Below are positions 48,349 through 57,762 of a DNA stretch of 62,129 bases, in pieces; within the stretch, counting starts at the first letter, position 1; each line of letters opens with the position of its first letter. The translations under genes were made by a program, and so were the position numbers. This DNA comes from an uncultured virus (IMG/VR IMGVR_UViG_3300018494_000099) (lineage: Duplodnaviria > Heunggongvirae > Uroviricota > Caudoviricetes), in IMG/VR virus record IMGVR_UViG_3300018494_000099; one strand, given 5' to 3'. Under the pieces are notes generated by a model that saw only the letters and a program-made list of their open reading frames with translations, had not been told where the DNA came from and made no database searches.

Positions 48349-48936
48349 TTAATTAATATAAGTAGCAGCAATCTCGGCCATTCTAGTAAGCGTTACCAAT
48401 GGGTATGTTCTCATTACCTCGTGAATATCAGGATCAAAGCTCTGGGGACTTGAATGAAGAATTGCTTCAATTTGCTCATCGGTTAGTTCGACATACTTTT
48501 TAATTTGCATATATGAACTTAAGCCGGCATTGCCAAATACAGGCCTCATATTAGCTTCACGTGTTTTATAGGCTGGCTGAGTTATCCACTGACCGGTAGT
48601 TTCATCCTTAACATTTTTCATATAAGCTTCATACATAGTCGCCTTATAAATATCTTTAAGCAAAGCTACCTTAATAACATCTTCCTCTGTGTATCGGCCG
48701 GGGTAATAAGCGTTACACAAAACGCCTAGCTCGTGGGCTACAATAAGCGCATGCTCACAAAGTCCGCCAGGATAAGCTCCCATATATTGAGTAGAAGCAG
48801 GCTTATTAAAGTAGTCAACTTCATCAAGAAACTTATTAAGCTCTGTAAGATCAATATTAAGCTTAGCAAGAAGCTCCATAAACTTAATTTCATTGTTATT
48901 CTTTTGTTCAATAGTCAACATCTCAAGTTCCTCCAA
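48349..48936 (-). CDS. HD-domain protein homolog lacking the HD histidine
   Basis: PASTQYMGAYPGGLCEH and LLKDIYK versus family PASxxxHxxxxGGLxEH and LLHDxxK. Confidence 0.7.
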   Translation of the reverse strand: MEELEMLTIEQKNNNEIKFMELLAKLNIDLTELNKFLDEVDYFNKPASTQYMGAYPGGLCEHALIVAHELGVLCNAYYPGRYTEEDVIKVALLKDIYKATMYEAYMKNVKDETTGQWITQPAYKTREANMRPVFGNAGLSSYMQIKKYVELTDEQIEAILHSSPQSFDPDIHEVMRTYPLVTLTRMAEIAATYIN

Positions 48937-49747
48937 AATCTGTTAAAATAGTTTCTATCAAAGAATTTATCATTTTCTTTGTACATTTTTGAGCACAATT
49001 TCCAACTGCAAAGCACTTAGGTACTAATGTAGATTCAAGCATATCGCTAGTTTCAAGATAGCCTGCTTCATTAGCCTTGATTAAACCAGCTCTTGCCGGG
49101 ATACAAGCAGTATCCGGACTAACCTCTGTTTTAGCATAAATGGCTGCGCAAAGTACTGTTGAGTAATTATCGAGTTCGACATTAATTAATGTTTCATCGT
49201 AAGCAGAAACTTTCTTGATGTGTGTGTTTGGCAAAACAACAATATTTGATGATTGCTTAGGTAGCAGTTTTTTATTTACAACTTCAGAGCATTTCCCACC
49301 GAATTCGTCAAGGCACAGATAAACATACTTATATTTCTTTGCAACATCAAAAGCCATAGTAATATCAGCTTCGTTATGCGCTAATACAATAGCGGGTAGC
49401 TTCTTAGCTTCTTTAGGAATATCTACTGTGGAATTGAAAACATTAGATACCTTTTTGTTATTAACAGTAAAAGGCGCATATTTTTGACCCATAGCGAAGA
49501 CAAGATGTGTTGTATAAAGTCTGTTACCACTTTTTAGATAACAACCGAAAAGTCTGTTTTTATAATCAGTGAGCAATACTTCATCTTTTATGTACTCAAC
49601 ATTTAAAAAATCAGGTGTCGTTGTAGTCTTAAACTCTCTGCTAATAAAAGCAATTTTAATATTAAGATTTGTCATTGCAATACTTTTTACCACTTGATTG
49701 CCTTCTTTGCTATCACCAATTATAATTAAATCATATTGATAATTCAT
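48923..49747 (-). CDS. Thioredoxin-reductase-like flavoprotein homolog, degenerate
   Basis: YDLIIIGDSKEG, LVFAMG, GYLETSDMLESTLVPKCFAVGNC; no GxGxxG, no NADPH glycine motif, no CxxC at the usual place. Confidence 0.6.
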   Translation of the reverse strand: MNYQYDLIIIGDSKEGNQVVKSIAMTNLNIKIAFISREFKTTTTPDFLNVEYIKDEVLLTDYKNRLFGCYLKSGNRLYTTHLVFAMGQKYAPFTVNNKKVSNVFNSTVDIPKEAKKLPAIVLAHNEADITMAFDVAKKYKYVYLCLDEFGGKCSEVVNKKLLPKQSSNIVVLPNTHIKKVSAYDETLINVELDNYSTVLCAAIYAKTEVSPDTACIPARAGLIKANEAGYLETSDMLESTLVPKCFAVGNCAQKCTKKMINSLIETILTDFGGT

Positions 49748-49820
49748 TTATAAACTCCTTAAACCTTTATATTATATTATACAATAAAAAGAACCTATTT
49801 TCATAGGCTCTTATGTAGTT

Positions 49821-50768
49821 TTAGGCTGATGTAGCCTGCCTTAGCTGACTGATAATAAGCTGTCTATCGACCCCAATACTCTCAAGGCCTTCCCATTTAC
49901 ATATAGTATCATACACCTTATCACCAGATTTTTGCCAAGTGCTAAAGTAAGGACAAATTGCATTAGGCTTTGTGTCAAGAATGCCGGGATTTGTTAAAGG
50001 ATTATATTCGCACCAATGACAGAGCGCTGAGATAGCAGGCTTAAAGTTTTCATTTTGGATTCCTTTAAACAATTTATCCAAAACAGCCTTTCCTTCTTCT
50101 ACGATATTATCGGATAACGCGGGCTGAACAATATCACAAAAAGGAAGGTCATACTCACATTTGATTTTATCAAAAGGTGTGTCCCAAAGCTGTTGAGCTG
50201 CCATCATATATACAGCAAATTGAAGCGGTACTTTTAGCTCACTGTCCTGTGCGGGTACTGGCCAGGTTTTAATATCTTGAATTAAAATTTCACCGGTATT
50301 TATATTTAAAAATGCTCGGTCAATAGAGCCATTAAAAGAATGGACGCCGTCGTAGTCATATTCAAACTTCTGCTCAATACCGATAATTACTAAGTTAGGG
50401 TTATTCTTTAAAAATTTTTCAAGTCGGTAAATAGCAGAATCAAGATAAAGATATATTTTTTCTCTATAGGTTCTCCCTGACTTATCTAGTTTACCGAAAT
50501 CGGCCGGATACTTTAGAGCAAGTTTTCTGCTCTCGATAATGAAATGATTTTTAAGCGCGATATAATTTATCGGCAGTTCATTTCGAAGTGCTTTTGCTAT
50601 TCGTTCTTCAGTTTCATGAATGAGACTTCCAAATTCTGTTGCGATCGAACTGCTATCAACAAAATTCTTTTCTTTATATTTTACCAGATATTTAAAAGGA
50701 CACTGCTTATAGACACTGATTTTCGAGTAGGAAAACCTGTCTAAAGCTTTCTGTTCTGTTTCTTCCAT
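49821..50768 (-). CDS. PD-(D/E)XK nuclease, AddB/Cas4-like
   Basis: FSYSKI..CP, FGSLIHE, GSIDR, QDIKT, QFAVY, CHWC...C. Confidence 0.85.
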   Translation of the reverse strand: MEETEQKALDRFSYSKISVYKQCPFKYLVKYKEKNFVDSSSIATEFGSLIHETEERIAKALRNELPINYIALKNHFIIESRKLALKYPADFGKLDKSGRTYREKIYLYLDSAIYRLEKFLKNNPNLVIIGIEQKFEYDYDGVHSFNGSIDRAFLNINTGEILIQDIKTWPVPAQDSELKVPLQFAVYMMAAQQLWDTPFDKIKCEYDLPFCDIVQPALSDNIVEEGKAVLDKLFKGIQNENFKPAISALCHWCEYNPLTNPGILDTKPNAICPYFSTWQKSGDKVYDTICKWEGLESIGVDRQLIISQLRQATSA

Positions 50769-50779
50769 TCAGGTCCTCC

Positions 50780-51712
50780 TTAGTTAGTTATTTTATAATA
50801 CATATTATTAATGATATAACTCATCATGTCTCGTTTATTAAGCTCAAGTTGTGACGTTTTGAGCATCAAGTCAAAGTTAGCAAGAAACTTAAGCTTCTGC
50901 TTTACTGCTGCCATATTAAGGCTCTTATACTTATATTTGATAAATTTAAACTGTCCAGCAGATACTCCACAGTCTTCAGCTGACAAGTTTGCATTTTGAG
51001 AAATCAAAATAATATTTTTCAAGCTGTTAAACGCTCTATTTACTAAAACAACGGGCTCGTGAATGTCCCAGCCATTATGCTTCATAAAGTCATTAAGAGT
51101 CAGCATATCGCCTTCAACTAAGGCATTGACAATATCAAAAAGGTCAGCTTTATACAGGTCCGTCTGCGGGTCAAATCTAATAGCCGCAAGCACTTCCTTC
51201 TGCTCGTTTTTACTAAACAAAGCTACCTTATCAAGTTCGTTTAAAACTCTCTCGATACTATTGTCAGACGCCTGGACAAGCCACATAAGCTCGCTTTCTT
51301 CCACATTCGGACAAAGAGTTTTAGCATAATCACAAATTTGCCAATCAGTAAGCCTAGGAAATTTAATAATATAATTTTCCACATTTTTTGCAATATCTTT
51401 TGATACTTGCTCACATACTACGATAGTATTTTCAAACTGACTATAATCTTCTGAACGTTCATCAAAAGTATCAGTATATAAAACATTAAGAGCGCCTTCG
51501 GTATTAGTAAGAAGCATAATAGATGACTGCTGTGGTTCATATATACTATTTATTTTATTAATGCCACTGATAGACAAATCTCCAAGGGCCTTTACATACT
51601 GTGAAGCTAAAAACGGGCAATCCTTACTAACAAAAATCATAAAGTCTGACGGTACAATTTTGTCAGTAATAAATTTTTTAAGATCCATTAAAATCATTGT
51701 ACAGCCTCCCAA
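50780..51712 (-). CDS. holA: DNA polymerase III delta-like clamp loader subunit
   Basis: NELDKVALF, LFDIVNAL, DLMLKTS; adjacent to delta-prime-like and dnaX genes. Confidence 0.6.
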   Translation of the reverse strand: MGGCTMILMDLKKFITDKIVPSDFMIFVSKDCPFLASQYVKALGDLSISGINKINSIYEPQQSSIMLLTNTEGALNVLYTDTFDERSEDYSQFENTIVVCEQVSKDIAKNVENYIIKFPRLTDWQICDYAKTLCPNVEESELMWLVQASDNSIERVLNELDKVALFSKNEQKEVLAAIRFDPQTDLYKADLFDIVNALVEGDMLTLNDFMKHNGWDIHEPVVLVNRAFNSLKNIILISQNANLSAEDCGVSAGQFKFIKYKYKSLNMAAVKQKLKFLANFDLMLKTSQLELNKRDMMSYIINNMYYKITN

Positions 51713-52488
51713 AGTGTAGTAAGATAGTTTATCATTAGAATTTCTTTAATAAGATTTTGTTGTGTTGTATATTGCTTAAACTGATTTGTTGTTTTAAATA
51801 CGGTCAAGCTCTGTTCAGTTTTATTATTTATATAATCCTCTAATGCAAGGTACTCGACTGCATCAAAAAATAGGTCAAAGTCTATTTTATTATACAAATC
51901 TTTATAGTTAATTTTTGTAGACACTACGAGCGCATTTGGATACGTCGCTCTATTAATGCTGCGCACTACTGTATTTGCTAAGCCCAGAACATCGTTAAAA
52001 CTCTGCTCTGTTAAATTAAGAAGTTTGCCAGGCGTCTGAAAAATCTTAAAAGCAAGGTCATTAACAGAAGTATTAGTAATCTGCTCAATCTGTTCTTTTG
52101 TATAAGGCTCAAGATGATATTTAATACTTCTGTTAAGAATAGTATTTAAAATACCAGCCTCAGAATTTGCAATCAAGACAACATAAACAGACTTCGAAGG
52201 CTCCTCAATAAACTTCAAAAACTGATTCTGCTGCTCTTCAGTAAACTTATTTAAGTTGATAAGATAAAGAGTATCAATAGTTTTATGTGTATAATCCTCA
52301 AGGTCCTGGGCAGATACAGACTCTTCGATTTCTATAAAGTCAAGCTTAAACTCTTCTGCTACATAACGCGCTATTGTATGTTTTCCACAGCCAGTCGGAC
52401 CAATAAACATTAAAGTTTTAGGAAGATACTCCATAGTATAGTATGTAGCAATTCTTGAAAGTAATTTAGTTTGTCCAATAATATTCAT
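51694..52488 (-). CDS. holB: DNA polymerase III delta-prime-like clamp loader subunit
   Basis: IIGQ, FIGPTGCGK, QNQFLKFIEEP, ILNTILNR. Confidence 0.7.
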   Translation of the reverse strand: MNIIGQTKLLSRIATYYTMEYLPKTLMFIGPTGCGKHTIARYVAEEFKLDFIEIEESVSAQDLEDYTHKTIDTLYLINLNKFTEEQQNQFLKFIEEPSKSVYVVLIANSEAGILNTILNRSIKYHLEPYTKEQIEQITNTSVNDLAFKIFQTPGKLLNLTEQSFNDVLGLANTVVRSINRATYPNALVVSTKINYKDLYNKIDFDLFFDAVEYLALEDYINNKTEQSLTVFKTTNQFKQYTTQQNLIKEILMINYLTTLWEAVQ

Positions 52489-52525
52489 TAAATATAAACT
52501 CCATAAAGTTATAATTATATATAAT

Positions 52526-52566
52526 ATTATACAATAAAAGACAGCTCAATTTAATGAACTGTCTTT
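52526..52566 (-). terminator. Fused terminator plus class-2 promoter module (copy 1)
   Basis: attatacaataaaagacagctcaatttaatgaactgtcttt. Confidence 0.7.
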
Positions 52567-52578
52567 AAAGTTTTTATA

Positions 52579-53064
52579 TTATATTAAATGTGTAAGATTA
52601 GAATAATTAAGAACTTCTTTTGATACCGAGCTAAGTGGAATTTCAAAAGCTTCTACATAGTAATCATCAGGATCGCCTCTAAGCTCTCCTTCGTCGTCAA
52701 GCTCATTAAGTAGCCTCCAAGCAGCATCTAGTGCTTTATCTTGTGTTTCAAATACTAAATCATTTTGAATACTTGTCCAAGTGCCCTTTTTCTTAGGAGT
52801 AAGATAGATGTCCCAAACCCATACATTAGTAGGTTTAGCTTTACTAACCGAGGCAACAGAAGGAGTTGTAGTCGAAGTTGTTGCAGCAGCCCTTTCTGCC
52901 CTTTCTGCATCTCGCAATTCTTTCATAAGTGTGCGAATCTCTGCTTTAATCTCAGCTACACTGCGGGCTTCTTTGAGAGACCCCTTAGAAATTTCTTCAT
53001 TTTGCTCTACCGGTTTGTTATCCCATAGGTTCTCATAGAGCTTAAATTCTTCATGTAATTTCAT
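52579..53064 (-). CDS. Late cassette protein with EEFKLYENLW leader (putative capsid internal protein)
   Basis: MKLHEEFKLYENLW...SLKEA; own late motif (53113) and terminator. Confidence 0.65.
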   Translation of the reverse strand: MKLHEEFKLYENLWDNKPVEQNEEISKGSLKEARSVAEIKAEIRTLMKELRDAERAERAAATTSTTTPSVASVSKAKPTNVWVWDIYLTPKKKGTWTSIQNDLVFETQDKALDAAWRLLNELDDEGELRGDPDDYYVEAFEIPLSSVSKEVLNYSNLTHLI

Positions 53065-53112
53065 AATAAAATATTCCTTTACTACAATTAACTTTGATTT
53101 TTAATCACTATT

Positions 53113-53121
53113 TAATTTAGC
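53113..53121 (-). promoter_or_regulatory. Late-promoter-like motif GCTAAATTA
   Basis: Recurrent motif. Confidence 0.7.
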
Positions 53122-53138
53122 ATATATACGAATATTTT

Positions 53139-54173
53139 TTAATTGCCACGACAAATTTGGAGCATGTAGGCTTCTACAACTGCCTTTACTGAAGTATCAT
53201 ACTTAATAGCATTCTTAACTTCAAGAAGCTTGGTAGCAAGGTTATTAAACCAACCCAAAGAATTCTCGAAAGAAGTAGTGCTCTTTACGCTAATCATGGG
53301 GTCAGTAGCATTCTCAAGATAAGCAGGAATATTTGATGCACCGATATTCTGGAACAGGATATACTTAGTAAGCTCAAGAGTAAAGCTAAGATACTCGTTT
53401 ACAAACTGCTTAAGGTCCTTACCTTCTTGAGCGAGAGTTTCAATAGCTACGAGAGTAAACTGCTCATTGTGGCCAATCAAACAATTAGTGAGCTTAAGCA
53501 TTCTTTCAAAAGGTGCCTCACCGAGAACTGCTTTAGTATTTTCAAGGCTGAGATCGTTAGACAAATCAGCACACTGATCAAGCATCGTAAGAGCTTCTCT
53601 CATACAACCATCACAGAGCTTACTAATAAGCTCGCAGGTATCTTCGTAGTTAATAAAGCCTTCTTGCTGGCAAACATAAAAGAGTCTATCTTTGATTTCC
53701 TGAGCACCAATCTTAGCGATATTAAAACGCTGCATTCTATTCTGAATGGTCACAGGAATCTTATTGGGCTCGGTGGTGCAGAATATAAAGATAGTATATT
53801 CAGGACAATCCTCCAGCCCCTTCAAGAAAGCATTCCAGCCTGCGGAAGTAATCATATGGCACTCATCAATAATATAAATCTTATAATTACCAATAAGGCT
53901 TCTCTGATTAGCTGACTCTACGATAGCTCTTACCTGGTCTACTCCATTATTAGATGCACCGTCAATTTCTACGGGCTCGCCAATGCCTCCGTTAATAGCA
54001 TTAGCAAAAATACGGGCACAAGTTGTTTTGCCACATCCAGAAGGGCCTGCAAAAAGATAGGCATTCTTGAAAGCCTGCTTTTCAAGTACTTTATTAAGAA
54101 TTCTAGTAGTCACATTTTGTCCAGCAACTGTTTCAAAAGTAGTAGGACGATATTTTACAGCCAAACTTTTCAT
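53139..54173 (-). CDS. dnaX: DNA polymerase III gamma/tau clamp-loader ATPase
   Basis: LAVKYRPTTF, AYLFAGPSGCGKTT, EIDGASNNGVD, IIDECHM, NAFLK, GCMREAL. Confidence 0.92.
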   Translation of the reverse strand: MKSLAVKYRPTTFETVAGQNVTTRILNKVLEKQAFKNAYLFAGPSGCGKTTCARIFANAINGGIGEPVEIDGASNNGVDQVRAIVESANQRSLIGNYKIYIIDECHMITSAGWNAFLKGLEDCPEYTIFIFCTTEPNKIPVTIQNRMQRFNIAKIGAQEIKDRLFYVCQQEGFINYEDTCELISKLCDGCMREALTMLDQCADLSNDLSLENTKAVLGEAPFERMLKLTNCLIGHNEQFTLVAIETLAQEGKDLKQFVNEYLSFTLELTKYILFQNIGASNIPAYLENATDPMISVKSTTSFENSLGWFNNLATKLLEVKNAIKYDTSVKAVVEAYMLQICRGN

Positions 54174-54210
54174 TGTATTATTTCCTCTTTTAGATATTTT
54201 TATATACTAT

Positions 54211-54252
54211 ATTATACAATAAAAGACGGTCCAATTTAATGAACCGTCTTTT
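54211..54252 (-). terminator. Fused terminator plus class-2 promoter module (copy 2)
   Basis: attatacaataaaagacggtccaatttaatgaaccgtctttt; near-identical to 52526-52566. Confidence 0.7.
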
Positions 54253-54266
54253 ATTTTATTATAAAC

Positions 54267-55346
54267 TTACTCAGCATTGTAAGCGATACTACAAAGACTG
54301 CCTCGACCAGTAGCAATTTTTATACCAGTCTGCCCTTCACCACCAAGACTCTTTTTAGTACTTTTAATAGCACTAATGTCGTACTGACTGAGGTCTAGAT
54401 ACTTATCATAAAGACCTTGTTCAATAATCCACTTGATGCGCATTGCTCCTGAATTTTCTCGCTCTCGCTTTGTACGAGTTGCTAGATAAGTTTTAAATTC
54501 AGTCTCATAATCTGCTTTAAAGCGTTTCCAAATAAAATCAACAAGAGCATCTGCTTGAGCTTGAGAATCACAGACTATTCGGTACTTTGAGTCGGTAGTA
54601 TTTTTTACTGCAATTAAACAAGACCTTTTATGCCCGTCTTTTTCAAGTTTTTCACCTTGTTTCACAATATTAGCATATACTACTGTTTTTTTCTCTTGTT
54701 CATTATACCAAGGCAAATCATTGGCCTCTATAAATAATCTAAGCGTATCATAGCTGAGTTTACTATACTGCGGATGCGCTTTGTATTTTTCTTTAAACTC
54801 TTTATAAGTTTTTACGTGCTGATACTCATTTGTCTTATATAGTGCTATAATTTCATCAATAATCTCAGGCGGGTAGCATGGGGCGCCTTCCCCACCAAAA
54901 GTCATATTATAACCTGGCCCTGAACAAGTAAGATCATAATTTCGACCATTAAAATTTACAGTTTTAATATTATCATTCTCAGCGTTATCATTTATAAATG
55001 TGTGTAAATCTTGAATCCATTTCTTTTCGAGCTTCCCTAGTGCTGTAATATTATATATATCAAGAGTTTCGAGTACAATTACTTTATATGGATGCTTTCT
55101 CATAGCATTATACACCACATAATCACGTCCGTCTGGACGCGCTGCTTTTAAATGTTCTTGTATTCTGGCTCGAATATCTTTAGCCAATCCAATATATTTT
55201 CTTTGTACAGCTTTTCCTTCACTATCATATGCATTAAAAATAATACAGTAAATACCAGGTTTTGTAGGCAATGCTTCAAGATATACCGCCTCAGTAAGTG
55301 GTTCCCACATATTTTCATAGAGCTTAAATTCTTCAAATAAAGTCAT
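54267..55346 (-). CDS. GIY-YIG endonuclease with EEFKLYENMW...LTEA leader
   Basis: PGIYCI, KYIG, RARIQEH, LEKKWI, GYNMTFGG. Confidence 0.85.
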   Translation of the reverse strand: MTLFEEFKLYENMWEPLTEAVYLEALPTKPGIYCIIFNAYDSEGKAVQRKYIGLAKDIRARIQEHLKAARPDGRDYVVYNAMRKHPYKVIVLETLDIYNITALGKLEKKWIQDLHTFINDNAENDNIKTVNFNGRNYDLTCSGPGYNMTFGGEGAPCYPPEIIDEIIALYKTNEYQHVKTYKEFKEKYKAHPQYSKLSYDTLRLFIEANDLPWYNEQEKKTVVYANIVKQGEKLEKDGHKRSCLIAVKNTTDSKYRIVCDSQAQADALVDFIWKRFKADYETEFKTYLATRTKRERENSGAMRIKWIIEQGLYDKYLDLSQYDISAIKSTKKSLGGEGQTGIKIATGRGSLCSIAYNAE

Positions 55347-55383
55347 AATATTGGTTTTCCTCTGTCTAAGTTTATTTACTAAA

Positions 55384-55392
55384 TAATTTAGC
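55384..55392 (-). promoter_or_regulatory. Late-promoter-like motif GCTAAATTA
   Basis: Recurrent motif. Confidence 0.7.
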
Positions 55393-55398
55393 GCATAT

Positions 55399-55764
55399 CT
55401 ATAAAGCAGAAATCTGGGTTAGCTGCGAGCTATCGAGCCAGCCAGACCACATCATACTAAGATCCTGCTTAGTATCAAAATCAAAACCAATACTGTCTAC
55501 ATAAATCATCGTGCCGAGGGCTTTAGAAATATAGATTTTAAGATATTGAGTTTTAGGACAAGTTCCGTTATTCCAGTTAACAGCTAAAACAGAGTCAGCG
55601 GCGTTAACAATATTTAAAGGAAGCTTAACTAAATAACAGTGATTAACCTCATATGTAGGCTTAGAATATTTTTTAATATAAAAAGTATTTGTATTAGGAT
55701 CAAAGTTATTTAAGTCAGCAAATTGACATTTTTCAAGCTGCTCTTTTATAATTGGTCTAATCAT
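55399..55764 (-). CDS. Hypothetical protein
   Basis: 121 aa, ATGA overlap with upstream gene. Confidence 0.6.
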   Translation of the reverse strand: MIRPIIKEQLEKCQFADLNNFDPNTNTFYIKKYSKPTYEVNHCYLVKLPLNIVNAADSVLAVNWNNGTCPKTQYLKIYISKALGTMIYVDSIGFDFDTKQDLSMMWSGWLDSSQLTQISAL

Positions 55765-55964
55765 TCTTCTTCCTCACTTTCAGCTTTTGGATTTAGTACC
55801 ACACCATTCAGTGAGACTGGAATACAAATATTTGGATAGATATTATCAAGAGCATTAATAAATTTTGCAACATCTAACTCATAAACTGTTCTGCCATTAC
55901 AAATGCAGGGCTGCGCAAGACTTGTTGCAAGAGTTACAATAATTCTATAATCTTTAATATCCAC
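55761..55964 (-). CDS. Hypothetical protein
   Basis: 67 aa, GTG start with GAGGT RBS. Confidence 0.5.
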   Translation of the reverse strand: MDIKDYRIIVTLATSLAQPCICNGRTVYELDVAKFINALDNIYPNICIPVSLNGVVLNPKAESEEEE

Positions 55965-55974
55965 AATTTACCTC

Positions 55975-56163
55975 TCAACAATATTTCTCAAGGTCAAATA
56001 AATCTGGTTCATCTGACCACATGTAATCTGCAGGCTCTTTAAGGTGTTTACAAACTAGCTCATCAATCTCTCGCTCAGTAGCATCTGCTGGAACTTCCAT
56101 TTTTTGCACAAAAGCATAATAAATAGTTTTTGTATCTTTTTTAAGTTTCATTTTATGCATCAT
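55975..56163 (-). CDS. Hypothetical protein
   Basis: 62 aa, ATGA overlap, GGAGG RBS. Confidence 0.55.
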   Translation of the reverse strand: MMHKMKLKKDTKTIYYAFVQKMEVPADATEREIDELVCKHLKEPADYMWSDEPDLFDLEKYC

Positions 56164-56552
56164 ATCGTATCCTCCAGCTCATCAAGTTTTTCTTTTAAAA
56201 ACTGAAATAAGTATTCATCAATAATATAATGATTTTCTTCGCCAGGTCCGAAGTTAAAAACTACTGCCTGATGAGGAGTTCCAGTGAGTAGACATTCTTG
56301 ACGATTTTTCTCAAACCACTCTTTTTTAATAGAGATAGACTCTGAGGCAGAAGTCTTCGTTTTTCACTCAAGAAGAAAGCCGTTCTTACCTGTGACTATA
56401 ACGTCACCTTTATCAAAAGCAGTAGCACCAGAATTTTTCTGAACCTTTCCGCCAACTGCTTTTGATACTGCTTTTTCTTGTTTAGAAGAATAACTACGAG
56501 TAGGAAGGGGTTTAGCCCCTTCCTTATTTCTTTTTGCTGTGCCTATAACCAT
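56160..56552 (-). CDS. PD-(D/E)XK Holliday-junction-resolvase-like nuclease, 130 codons, interrupted by in-frame TGA at 56364-56366
   Basis: QEKAV..NSGA..KGDV..FLLE*KTKTSASESISIKKEWFEKNRQE..AVVFNFG..YIIDE..; the frame ends in an ATGA overlap with the next gene. Confidence 0.75.
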
Positions 56553-57748
56553 TAAGCATCCTCAAGGAGAATCTTTCTCTTAACTTCGTCTTCCTGAGGT
56601 CTTTCGATAGCATCTTCTTCTGCTTCAATTTCCTTAAGAGAATCTCTATCAAGAACAGACTTGTCATTGGAAGCAGAAATAAACTCTTTAATCATTGCAA
56701 GATACTTTTCTCTGAAGGAAGTATGCGTATGAAGATACTCAATCAAATAAGCCTTCTTACCCTGAAGAGTCTCGCCGGTTTCAGAGTCAGTGATTACTTC
56801 GCCAGTAGAAAGATTTACGAGAGCATAAGTTACGTTATTAAGTCTCTTAATAAAGTCAAACTGAAGAGCAACATCGATAAGGTCATTTACGGTGTCAGCA
56901 CCATTCAAGTAGGTATACGTAATAAATCCTCCACCGCGGTTGCAAGCACAAGTCTTATTCTTAGTAATTTTAAACTTAAGCCTGAATCCGTCTGCTCCTT
57001 CACCGTCGTCACCCTTAATCTCTTCGCCGTTCTTCATAAATACTCTCTTACCAAAACGAACTTTAACAGAAGCATAATAACGAGGTGCATCTCCTCCCGG
57101 CTCCTTATAGATAGCAGCACCAGTATAAGTAGTACCCGCAACACGTACCTGGTTAATCATAATCATAATGTTATTATTACGAGCGAGTTTATCACACATA
57201 GTAGGGCAGAACTTATGAAGACCTTTTGCCATATTTCCGCGCATACCCATATCCTTAGTAAACTCATTCTCCATAATAGACTGAGGAACGAGCGCAGGAA
57301 TAGAGTCAAGTACAATAAGACCGATATCTTCAGTATCCTCAAGTTCAAGGATCATCTCAAGAATCTGCTCGCCTGACATTCCTTCAGGACTAATATAATA
57401 CAAATGAGTAAGGTCAATTCCGTTCATTATTGCCTGGAACTTAATATCAAGTGAATGTTCTACATCCACATAAACGCATATTTTGTCAGGATTTTCACGC
57501 TGATATGCTGCAATAGCTGCACAAGCAGCAGTGGTCTTACCAGAGTGCTCAAGACCTGCAAATACCATAAGTCTTCCGTAAGGAATGCCTCCATATAGAG
57601 GATAATCCATACCCATCAAACCAGATGAAAGTCTCTGATAAACAGGCACTATATCGGATTTAATAACAAGGTTATTATTACTATATTCCTTGTTTAGCTT
57701 TTTGGCAAAGTCTGCCATTGTAAGTTTCTTTTCTGTATCTTTAGCCAT
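56552..57748 (-). CDS. recA: RecA/UvsX recombinase
   Basis: GGIPYGR, GLEHSGKTT, YVDVEHSLD, IVLDSIPALVP, INQVR, PGG, KNK. Confidence 0.92.
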   Translation of the reverse strand: MAKDTEKKLTMADFAKKLNKEYSNNNLVIKSDIVPVYQRLSSGLMGMDYPLYGGIPYGRLMVFAGLEHSGKTTAACAAIAAYQRENPDKICVYVDVEHSLDIKFQAIMNGIDLTHLYYISPEGMSGEQILEMILELEDTEDIGLIVLDSIPALVPQSIMENEFTKDMGMRGNMAKGLHKFCPTMCDKLARNNNIMIMINQVRVAGTTYTGAAIYKEPGGDAPRYYASVKVRFGKRVFMKNGEEIKGDDGEGADGFRLKFKITKNKTCACNRGGGFITYTYLNGADTVNDLIDVALQFDFIKRLNNVTYALVNLSTGEVITDSETGETLQGKKAYLIEYLHTHTSFREKYLAMIKEFISASNDKSVLDRDSLKEIEAEEDAIERPQEDEVKRKILLEDA

Positions 57749-57762
57749 AATTTATCCTTTCT

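Noticed and set aside
49821..50768. Cas4-like gene as evidence of a CRISPR system
   Set aside because: No repeat-spacer array or other cas genes seen; solo AddB/Cas4-like nucleases are common in phage replication modules.
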